Shown here one piece after another: positions 24,444 through 31,460 of a stretch of DNA of 32,000 bases (within the stretch, counting starts at the first letter, position 1; the number at the start of each line of letters is the position of its first letter). The notes beneath the pieces are model-generated. The model worked only from the letters and a program-made list of their open reading frames with translations. It was not told the origin of the DNA and made no database searches. The position numbers and the translations under genes are program-made. Source of the DNA: Methanomicrobium mobile BP (GTDB lineage Archaea > Halobacteriota > Methanomicrobia > Methanomicrobiales > Methanomicrobiaceae); the NCBI RefSeq assembly GCF_000711215.1, contig NZ_JOMF01000008.1, positions 13,314 through 45,313 of the forward strand, read 5' to 3'.

Positions 24444-25534
24444 AGAAAGTCGTCGACGTCTCCCTCCCCATAGGACCCGTCCATCCCTGCTTCAAGGAAC
24501 CGGCAAGAATCAAGTGTGAGACCATGGGCGAGAAGGTTCTCTCCGCCGAGGTCGAGATGGGCTATGTCAAGAAAGGCATAGAGAAGATAATGGTCGGCAG
24601 ACCCTGGCAGGAGGTCATGTTCCTTGCCGAAAGAATCTGCGGAATCTGCTCGGTTATTCACAACATGGTCTTCATCGAGACCGTCGAGAGAATAAGCGAC
24701 ATAGAAGTCCCCATTCGCGCACAGTACCTGCGTGTAATCGTCAACGAACTCGACAGGATGCAGTCGCACCTGCTTGCAAACTACTCCTACTGCTACACCA
24801 TAGAGCACGAGACCCTCGCAATGTATCTCATCAACCTCCGAGAGACCGTCGTCGACCAGCTCGAGCTCATCACCGGCGCCAGAATCACCTGCGCGTATAT
24901 CATCCCGGGCGGCGTCAGATTCGACCTTCGCGACGAAGACGCGGAGACCTTAAAGGCGGCGCTGGACAAATGCGAGAAGGACATATCGCGGTTTGTGAAG
25001 ATCTTCGAGGAAGGCCCGCTGATTGCGCTGAGGAGCAAAGACGTGGGCATAATCACGAAAGAAGAGATTATCGCCTCGCAGGCGGCAGGTCCGACTGCAC
25101 GTGCCAGCGGCGTGGACTTCGATCACCGCCTCAACCATCCGACATATCAGAAACTCGACTTTAAACCGATAGTCCTGAATTCCTGCGACAACTACGCAAG
25201 AATCATGCTCCGGTTCAAAGAGCTCTTCCAGAGCATAGAGCTCATCCGCGAATGCCTCAAAAGACTCGAAGGGCTTAAAGGGGAGACAATCCGCGGCGGC
25301 GGCGAGGTCGGCGAAGGCGAATTCACGTGGACGGGAGAAGCTCCGAGAGGCGGGCTTACCTATCACGTAAAGACGAACAGATACGGTCATGTGGAGGAGA
25401 TATCGGTTCAGACACCCTCAATCATGAACATGGATGCCTGTGCGCACTATATGCTCAAAGGCGCGGATTCCGCGGCGGACATCACCGCCGTCTTCATAAG
25501 TTCCGACCCGTGCATATCCTGCAACGAGAGGTAA
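24440..25534 (+). CDS. ehaO: [NiFe] hydrogenase large subunit, NuoD-like group 4 (EhaO-like)
   Basis: N-terminal Ni-binding RICGICSVIH and C-terminal DPCISCNER motif at the extreme C-terminus (no protease-cleaved extension), as in energy-converting hydrogenases. 364 aa. Confidence 0.9.
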   Translation: MKKVVDVSLPIGPVHPCFKEPARIKCETMGEKVLSAEVEMGYVKKGIEKIMVGRPWQEVMFLAERICGICSVIHNMVFIETVERISDIEVPIRAQYLRVIVNELDRMQSHLLANYSYCYTIEHETLAMYLINLRETVVDQLELITGARITCAYIIPGGVRFDLRDEDAETLKAALDKCEKDISRFVKIFEEGPLIALRSKDVGIITKEEIIASQAAGPTARASGVDFDHRLNHPTYQKLDFKPIVLNSCDNYARIMLRFKELFQSIELIRECLKRLEGLKGETIRGGGEVGEGEFTWTGEAPRGGLTYHVKTNRYGHVEEISVQTPSIMNMDACAHYMLKGADSAADITAVFISSDPCISCNER

Positions 25535-25598
25535 GGAAAGGAATAAGGAGTAAGGAAAAAGGAAGGAGAAAGGAGAAATAAAGTAAGGAGAAAGAAAA
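25535..25598 (+). promoter_or_regulatory. 64-nt C-free, 94% purine spacer with four AGGAG Shine-Dalgarno-like motifs upstream of the ferredoxin subunit gene
   Basis: ggaaaggaataaggagtaaggaaaaaggaaggagaaaggagaaataaagtaaggagaaagaaaa contains no C, only 4 T, and aggag x4. Confidence 0.6.
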
Positions 25599-26195
25599 AT
25601 GTTCTCGATAATCTGCTATCTCAAAGAATTTCTGCGGGCGGAGTGGATAAAGAAGTTCCTCTTCGCCAAGACGCCGCCGCTCGTGACACCCCCGCACTAC
25701 CGCGACTTTCCGCAGCTGACGGGAAAGGAATGCTCGCACGAGCTTCGCTGCATGATGATCTGCCCCGTTCCCGACGCCATCAAGGTCCTTAAAGGCGAAG
25801 ACGGCAAATGGAGACCGGTCATCTACAAGGGTCACTGCTTAAGATGCGGTCTCTGCGTCGAAGCCTGCCCCGACAATGTCCTTACCTCCGGAAGAATCCT
25901 CGAGCAGAACGAGATCGACAGGACGAGCCTTCTGGGAACATATCACCTCGTCATCGACAACAAACTATGCATGAAATGCGGAAACTGCTCGGTCGCCTGC
26001 CCGATAAACAAGGAGATAGACCCGCGTCTGGCACATAACGCGACCTCCTCGAACGATGACGTGATAATGCGCATCAAAAACTCGAAACTGACAATCCTGC
26101 ACCCCGAAAAGTGCACGGGCTGCAAGACCTGCGAGGAGACATGTCCGAACAGGGCAATAAGAGTCTACAGGCGCGTCGAAGCCGTTCAGGACTGA
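25599..26195 (+). CDS. ehaP: Polyferredoxin-type 4Fe-4S subunit (EhaP-like / NuoI-HycF related)
   Basis: Three full CxxCxxCxxxCP motifs (CLRCGLCVEACP, CMKCGNCSVACP, CTGCKTCEETCP) plus a degenerate C...C..ICP. Confidence 0.8.
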   Translation: MFSIICYLKEFLRAEWIKKFLFAKTPPLVTPPHYRDFPQLTGKECSHELRCMMICPVPDAIKVLKGEDGKWRPVIYKGHCLRCGLCVEACPDNVLTSGRILEQNEIDRTSLLGTYHLVIDNKLCMKCGNCSVACPINKEIDPRLAHNATSSNDDVIMRIKNSKLTILHPEKCTGCKTCEETCPNRAIRVYRRVEAVQD

Positions 26196-26217
26196 AAAAT
26201 TATACAAAGCACAACAC

Positions 26218-26300
26218 AATAAAGCAAAACCAAATAAAGAAAAATCGGATAAAGTAAAATCGGATAAAGCAAAACCAAATAAAGCAAACCAAATAAAAAT
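26218..26300 (+). repeat. A-rich cryptic tandem repeats (caaaaccaaataaag x3, aaatcggataaag x2) between convergent genes
   Basis: Read directly: aaagcaaaaccaaataaagaaaaatcggataaagtaaaatcggataaagcaaaaccaaataaagcaaaccaaataaaaa. Confidence 0.8.
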
Positions 26301-26336
26301 TCTTTTTCAGCGCATTATTTCAACGGAACAATGCTT

Positions 26337-26657
26337 TCAGGATTCGATGATCTTTGTCATCTTTTTTGAATCGTTTGATTTTTCGGGATTAAGTAGCGTC
26401 TGCTTCATCCATTCCGCATACTCTTTGCGTATCTGCTCCCGCTCCTCTTCCGTGAGGTCTTTTCTCTTCTGCGCAGTCAGATACTTCTTAAGCTCGGCAA
26501 TTATCGACTCGGCAAGGCGATAGTCGGAGACCTCCAGATAGATTGTCGCTCCCGCTACATCGATAATCTCTCCGCACTGGGGACAAAGCCGCTGCGGACT
26601 GTATTTATCGACATAGGTAAAGGTCGAACATCCGGGGCACTTGAGTATCAGATACAC
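26337..26657 (-). CDS. Small zinc-ribbon protein (DUF1922-like) with a charged helical tail
   Basis: N-terminal CPGC...(17 aa)...CPQC four-cysteine ribbon followed by a K/E-rich helix. 106 aa. Divergent from cofE. Confidence 0.55.
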   Translation of the reverse strand: MYLILKCPGCSTFTYVDKYSPQRLCPQCGEIIDVAGATIYLEVSDYRLAESIIAELKKYLTAQKRKDLTEEEREQIRKEYAEWMKQTLLNPEKSNDSKKMTKIIES

Positions 26658-26753
26658 GATATTTTAGTGGTATACCTTAAATGATATTAATATTCCCCCT
26701 GTCGCAAATCGAAAATGATCATTTTTTACGGATTGAGCAAGTATATCCATACT

Positions 26754-27506
26754 ATGAGTATAGAAGTCATTCCCGTAAGAGATCTCCCGATATTTCAGAA
26801 AGGGGACTCGTTCGCCGCAGAAATCTGTAAAAAAGCCGAACTTCAGGACGGCGACGTAATATGTCTTGCCTCGGCGGTGTATTCCAAGACAAAGGGATAC
26901 TTCAGATCCTACGACTCGATAACGCCGGGCAAAAAAGCAATCGAGATAGCGGAGAAATGCGGCGAAGACCCGCGATTCATTCAGGTAGTCCTCGACGACA
27001 CCGTCGACATCATACAGGAATACCCCTTTGTCCTCTCGCAGGTAAAATGCGGCCATGTGGGGGTCAGAGCCGGCGTCGACAACAGCAACATCGAGATAGG
27101 ATACATAGTAAGCCTTCCCCCCGACCCCATGAAAGCCGCCGAAGAAGTAAGGGAAGAGTTCAAAGCGATAACGGGAAAGGACATCCGCGTAATCATCACG
27201 GACACCTGCGGCAGATCCTTCAGGCGCGGTCAGACCGGCGTTGCCATAGGATGGGCGGGAATGAAAGCCATCTGTGACTTCAGGGGAAAGAAAGACCTCT
27301 TCGGACGCGTCCTCGAGATAACCGAGGAAGCCGTCGTCGACGAATTCTCGGCATTCGCCAACTTCATCATGGGAGAGAGCAACGAAGGTATCCCCGCCGT
27401 CATCTTCCGCAACTGCCCGCACTGGGAGGGACACGACAACCTTTACTTCACGCCGAAGGAAGACATCACGAGAAAAGCCCTCAAGAAACTCAACAACCTC
27501 GAATAA
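26754..27506 (+). CDS. cofE: Coenzyme F420-0:L-glutamate ligase CofE
   Basis: VITDTCGRSFRRGQTGVAIGWAGM, DFRGKKDLFGRVLEITEEAVVDE and IMGESNEGIPAVIFR match CofE signature regions. ATG at 26754 preferred over 26715. Confidence 0.9.
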   Translation: MSIEVIPVRDLPIFQKGDSFAAEICKKAELQDGDVICLASAVYSKTKGYFRSYDSITPGKKAIEIAEKCGEDPRFIQVVLDDTVDIIQEYPFVLSQVKCGHVGVRAGVDNSNIEIGYIVSLPPDPMKAAEEVREEFKAITGKDIRVIITDTCGRSFRRGQTGVAIGWAGMKAICDFRGKKDLFGRVLEITEEAVVDEFSAFANFIMGESNEGIPAVIFRNCPHWEGHDNLYFTPKEDITRKALKKLNNLE

Positions 27507-27507
27507 C

Positions 27508-27531
27508 GGCAAAACGAAGGGCAAAACGAAG
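27508..27531 (+). repeat. 12-bp perfect tandem duplication ggcaaaacgaag x2, opening a ~190-bp A-rich, low-complexity spacer
   Basis: 27508-27519 and 27520-27531 are identical. The spacer continues to ~27700 with aataaccgaaaata x2 and an aatcggataaa word shared with 26243-26270. Confidence 0.8.
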
Positions 27532-27767
27532 CAACGGCAAAATAATCGGATAAATAAAAAATAACAAAAAACGGAATCCTAATCAAATAAATAACCGAAA
27601 ATACCCAAAAAATAACACCGATAATTACCTGAAACAATAACCGAAAATAAACAGAAAATAATGTTAAAAACGTAAAAGCAAAGAAAATATTCAAAATATC
27701 GGAAATACCAGACGGTATTCCGATTACTCAACACACTTTTCCTTCCGACTTAAAGAAACTTAAAAGA

Positions 27768-27953
27768 TCAGAAGATATGGTTTAAGACCGCAATGATAAT
27801 TCCGATTGCCGCCGCAAAAACCAGAACCAGCTTCGGTGAGATATGTAAGGAACGCTTGTCCTCGCTGTCATAATATGTAACAAGACCTGCGGACGAAACC
27901 ATTCCGCCGCCTTTGTTCTTTACTGCCATGCCTATTATATTGGTTTTCGACAT
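27768..27953 (-). CDS. secG: Preprotein translocase subunit Sec61-beta (archaeal SecG)
   Basis: 61 aa. SSAGLVTYYD motif followed by one C-terminal TM helix (VLVFAAAIGIIIAVLNHIF). Start could alternatively be the internal Met9. Confidence 0.8.
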   Translation of the reverse strand: MSKTNIIGMAVKNKGGGMVSSAGLVTYYDSEDKRSLHISPKLVLVFAAAIGIIIAVLNHIF

Positions 27954-28006
27954 ATATAAAATAAAGGCAAGAATAAAATAAAGCAGGAAACAAAGTCAGG
28001 CAAAGG

Positions 28007-29059
28007 ATGCGGAGAATGAGAACGGGCGACACATACACAATAGCGGGCAAAGTCTGTCTCGGACGCGAATTGGAACTCGCGGATGCCGAAATCGACGTCG
28101 AAAACGGCATCATAAAGAGCATCAACGAGACCGGGAGCGCAGGAGACGCCGCCAAACCCTGGATATTCCCCTGCTTCTTCAACGCACACACCCACCTCGG
28201 CGACACCGTCGCCATGGACATCGAGACAAAGCCCGGCATGACCCTCTCCGACCTTGTCGCACCCCCGAACGGACTCAAGCACAGAATCTTAAGCGAAACG
28301 CCGTCGGAAACCCTCATCGACGCAATCACGCAGAGCCTGAAGTTCATGAAGAGGAGCGCGACCGCGGGATTCTGCGACTTCCGCGAAGGCGGAAAAGAAG
28401 GCGTAAACGCGCTCAAGACCGCACTCGACAACTCCGGCACCGGACTCAAAGCCATCATACTCGGACGAAACGGCGGGGAGACGGTCGCGGACGGCATAGG
28501 AATCTCGAGCACGAAAGAAGGGGAGCAGGTCCTTGAGTTTGCCGCCGAAACCAGAAAACGCGGCGGATTCGTCGCGTTCCACGCCGGCGAAAAGGACACG
28601 CGCGACGTCGACGCCGCAATCGATGCGCAGCCCGACCTCCTCATACACATGACGCACGCCACCGACTCGCAGCTCAGACGCTGTGCGGACCTGGGAATCC
28701 CCATCGCCGTCTGCCCGCGTTCCAATCACATACTCGGTCAGAGCACCTCAAACGAGCACCCGCCGATAAGAAAAATGCTCGATATCGGCTGCGAAATCCT
28801 TCTGGGCACGGACAACGTCATGTTCGTCCAGCCCGACATGTTTGCGGAGATGGCCTTCGTCAGCTACGCATACGGTCTCACCCCCGACGAGATACTCAAG
28901 ATGGCAGTCGCCGGCTCAAAACTTATTAACAACCCCTTTTTCATCGAAGAAGGCAACATTGCCGCCTTTTACACAATAAACCCCGAGACCTCCAATCTGC
29001 GCTTCAGCAGATCTCCGAAAAAATCCGTCGTAAATCGCGGCGTTTTTCCGGAATTTTAG
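28007..29059 (+). CDS. Metal-dependent amidohydrolase-superfamily protein (chlorohydrolase/deaminase-like)
   Basis: N-terminal beta-sandwich then the NAHTHLGD metal-binding motif. Later HAGE and HMTHA His motifs and a GTDN Asp motif. Substrate not assignable. Confidence 0.7.
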   Translation: MRRMRTGDTYTIAGKVCLGRELELADAEIDVENGIIKSINETGSAGDAAKPWIFPCFFNAHTHLGDTVAMDIETKPGMTLSDLVAPPNGLKHRILSETPSETLIDAITQSLKFMKRSATAGFCDFREGGKEGVNALKTALDNSGTGLKAIILGRNGGETVADGIGISSTKEGEQVLEFAAETRKRGGFVAFHAGEKDTRDVDAAIDAQPDLLIHMTHATDSQLRRCADLGIPIAVCPRSNHILGQSTSNEHPPIRKMLDIGCEILLGTDNVMFVQPDMFAEMAFVSYAYGLTPDEILKMAVAGSKLINNPFFIEEGNIAAFYTINPETSNLRFSRSPKKSVVNRGVFPEF

Positions 29060-29117
29060 AGAACAATTTTATGCAACAAAAAATAAAATTGTTCAGTCAA
29101 TTTTAGGGAGGTATTAG

Positions 29118-29549
29118 ATGTTCACCAATATTCTCGTAGCAATTGATGGTTCGGAATCAGGCAAAAAAGCATTCGAAGCCGCACTCGGAGAAGCAAAAGC
29201 ATACCCGGGGGCAACGGTAAATGCAATCTACGTCGTCGAAAACGGGGGCTTAGACGACCTGCCGCCTGACAACGACAAAGAAACACTTTACAACAGATTC
29301 GAATCAATAGGCAGAGAGATTCTTTCGGGCTATGAAAAGACCGCGGAATCTCAAAACGCCAAATTCAATGCCGTGATCAGATACGGTCACGCAGGCAAAG
29401 AAATAACAAAATATGCCGAAGAACTCGGTGCTGACCTGATCATCATGGGCTCTACCGGCAAAAGCAACATTGAAAAATTATTACTCGGCAGTGTCACGGA
29501 ATTTGTCATCCGTCACAGCAACGTATCAACCCTGGTGGTGAGATTATAG
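29118..29549 (+). CDS. Universal stress protein (UspA family)
   Basis: ILVAIDGSE start. ATP-binding type C-terminal motif GSTGKSNIEKLLLGSVTEFVIRHSNVSTLVV. 143 aa. Confidence 0.85.
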   Translation: MFTNILVAIDGSESGKKAFEAALGEAKAYPGATVNAIYVVENGGLDDLPPDNDKETLYNRFESIGREILSGYEKTAESQNAKFNAVIRYGHAGKEITKYAEELGADLIIMGSTGKSNIEKLLLGSVTEFVIRHSNVSTLVVRL

Positions 29550-29572
29550 AAGAAAAATTAGTCAGAGACTAC

Positions 29573-30391
29573 ATGACCGACGATGTGGTATCGGTGGAAA
29601 CTCCGGGAAGCAGAGACGATGTTCTCAGAATTCTGAAGAGAACGGGAATCAGCGGCGTACCGGTCACAAAAGACGGCAAACTTGTCGGAATCATTACAAG
29701 AAAGGATCTCCTCAGAAAATCCGACGAGACACAGCTCAGCATACTCATGACCGCGGATCCGGTCACAATCGGACCCGATGCGACCATTAACGAAGCCGCA
29801 AGGATAATGACGAAGAACAAGTTCAGAAGGCTTCCGGTCGTCGAAAACGGCAAACTCGTCGGAATCCTGAGTGTCGCCGACCTTATCGGCGCGGTTGCGC
29901 AGATGAAGATAAAGACACCCATCAAAGAAGGCTACACAAAACAGACCTTTGCTCTCTGGGACAACACACCGCTCCCGCTCGTCGGAAGCATCATGGAGAT
30001 GTCCGGATACGACTCCATCCCCATCCTGAACAAGGATGCAATCCTTACCGGAATCATCTCCGAGCGCGACCTCATCAAGAACGCACTCATAGAGGACAGC
30101 GTCGAGGTAAGCGACCTTTCGACCGGAACCGACGACGACGAATGGACATGGGAGAGCATCCGCGACATGCACACAATCTCGTTCGGAATCTCAAAGGTCC
30201 AGCTTCCCGACAAACTCGTGAAGGACGCAATGATAAAGGACGTCGTCGCAGTCCCGCAGAACGCGGAGCTCAGCGAATGTGCCCTTAAGATGAAGCGCTC
30301 GAGAGTCGACCAGCTGCCTGTCATCAACGGCAACAGAAAGATGGTTGCAATGCTCTTTGACCGCGATGTTATCAAAGCATTAATAAACTAA
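29573..30391 (+). CDS. CBS-domain protein (four CBS motifs, two Bateman modules)
   Basis: Repeated pattern ...GISGVPVTKDGKLVGIITRKDLL / FRRLPVVENGKLVGILSVADLI / YDSIPILNKDAILTGIISERDLI / VDQLPVINGNRKMVAMLFDRDVI. Confidence 0.85.
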   Translation: MTDDVVSVETPGSRDDVLRILKRTGISGVPVTKDGKLVGIITRKDLLRKSDETQLSILMTADPVTIGPDATINEAARIMTKNKFRRLPVVENGKLVGILSVADLIGAVAQMKIKTPIKEGYTKQTFALWDNTPLPLVGSIMEMSGYDSIPILNKDAILTGIISERDLIKNALIEDSVEVSDLSTGTDDDEWTWESIRDMHTISFGISKVQLPDKLVKDAMIKDVVAVPQNAELSECALKMKRSRVDQLPVINGNRKMVAMLFDRDVIKALIN

Positions 30392-30651
30392 ACGCATTAA
30401 TAAGTAAATACTGATTTAATCAAATCCATACAATTCATTTTTCCGGAAATTTCAATATCGCTATCAGTTTTTCGGAGAGATGAAAAGGATTTATTAAATT
30501 TTAATGCCGCGACTCCCGAAAAGCGCCTTCAAGCGAAAGTCGGGAAGCGGGGCACCTGCGGGTTAATCCGACCCGTGTAGTCTTCTGTGATATCTTTTGA
30601 CCTGAATTACCAAAGAATAAACTGCTGCAAAACTTATTACGGAACCCTGCG

Positions 30652-30767
30652 AAACCCTAAAAACTTTACAAAATTCCACAAAACTCCACAAAAACTTAAA
30701 ACTCCACAAAACTCACAAACTACAAAATCCAAAAATCCACAAACTCCAAAAATCCACAAAACCCTAC
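30652..30767 (+). repeat. 116-nt G-free C/A-rich low-complexity tract with at least 7 copies of tcca(c)aaa, upstream of psmB
   Basis: No G between 30652 and 30767. Repeated ccacaaaact / tccaaaaa words read directly. Confidence 0.85.
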
Positions 30768-30808
30768 GACATTACTGATGAAATCCTTGAATCGGGGAGT
30801 GTTTTAGA

Positions 30809-31429
30809 ATGCAACAGGAAAACTCGGATATCTTAAAAGGAACCACAACCGTAGGCATCATCTTTGACGGCGGAGTAATCCTAGCCACCGAAAGACGTGC
30901 CACCATGGGTAACATGATTGCCAGCAAGACGGCAAAGAAAGTCTATCAGATCTCGGACAGAATCGGTATGACAACGGCAGGCGGTGTCGGCGACGCACAG
31001 CAGCTTGCACGTCTGATGCAGGTCGAGAGCAGCCTCTACAATATCAGAAGGAGCAGACAGATGACGGTCGGCGCCTCCGCATCGCTCTTAAGCAATGTGC
31101 TTAACCAGCACAGGATGATGCCCTACTACGTCCAGCTCCTTGTCGGCGGCGTCGACAAAAACGGTCCGTCCATCTACTCTGTGGACGCAATGGGCGGAGC
31201 CTCGCCCGAAGAGGACTTTGTCGCAACGGGTTCGGGATCGCCCTTCGCATACGGCGTTCTCGAAGACAGATACAAGAAAGGCATCAGCGAGAAGGATGCG
31301 ACCGCACTTGCGGCACGCGCAATCACCTCGGCAATGAGAAGGGATTCCGCATCCGGCGAGGATATCTGCATTGTATCCATAACCAAAGACAAATATGAAG
31401 AAGTAAGCAAAAAAGGAATAACCAACTGA
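30809..31429 (+). CDS. psmB: Proteasome beta subunit
   Basis: Short propeptide [11 protein letters not shown] followed by the active-site [18 protein letters not shown] and Ntn-hydrolase core motifs. 206 aa. Confidence 0.95.
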   Translation: MQQENSDILKGTTTVGIIFDGGVILATERRATMGNMIASKTAKKVYQISDRIGMTTAGGVGDAQQLARLMQVESSLYNIRRSRQMTVGASASLLSNVLNQHRMMPYYVQLLVGGVDKNGPSIYSVDAMGGASPEEDFVATGSGSPFAYGVLEDRYKKGISEKDATALAARAITSAMRRDSASGEDICIVSITKDKYEEVSKKGITN

Positions 31430-31460
31430 TTTTTTTTCTTTTTTTAGGATTTGTTTTTTT
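31430..31460 (+). terminator. Three oligo-T runs (T8, T7, T7) filling the 31-nt psmB/aCPSF1 spacer
   Basis: T-runs at 31430-31437, 31439-31445 and 31454-31460. The ATG of the next gene is at 31461. Oligo-T is the archaeal intrinsic termination signal. Confidence 0.45.

Noticed and set aside
18758-26195. Alternative assignment of the hydrogenase operon as Mbh, Ehb or Ech.
   Set aside because: There is no large NuoL/MrpD-type subunit (Ech EchA, Mbh MbhH, Ehb EhbF), no NuoC-like gene (Mbh MbhK, Ech EchD), and far more than six genes. The gene order NuoH-like ... hydrophilic-NuoB-NuoD-ferredoxin matches Eha (J...M-N-O-P). Subunit letters for the small membrane genes remain tentative.
27443-27694. 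83-aa minus-strand ORF that looks like a hydrophobic membrane peptide (F/I/L/V-rich).
   Set aside because: It is the reverse-complement reading of the A-rich spacer downstream of cofE, where T-rich codons give Phe/Ile/Leu. Its 3' part overlaps the cofE coding end. The composition artefact is more likely than a real gene, although a small membrane protein cannot be fully excluded without expression data.
30587-30778. 63-aa ORF with KTPQ/NPQTPK repeats.
   Set aside because: It is a translation of the G-free CA-rich tract. It starts at a non-ATG codon with no SD, so low-complexity DNA is the more economical explanation.
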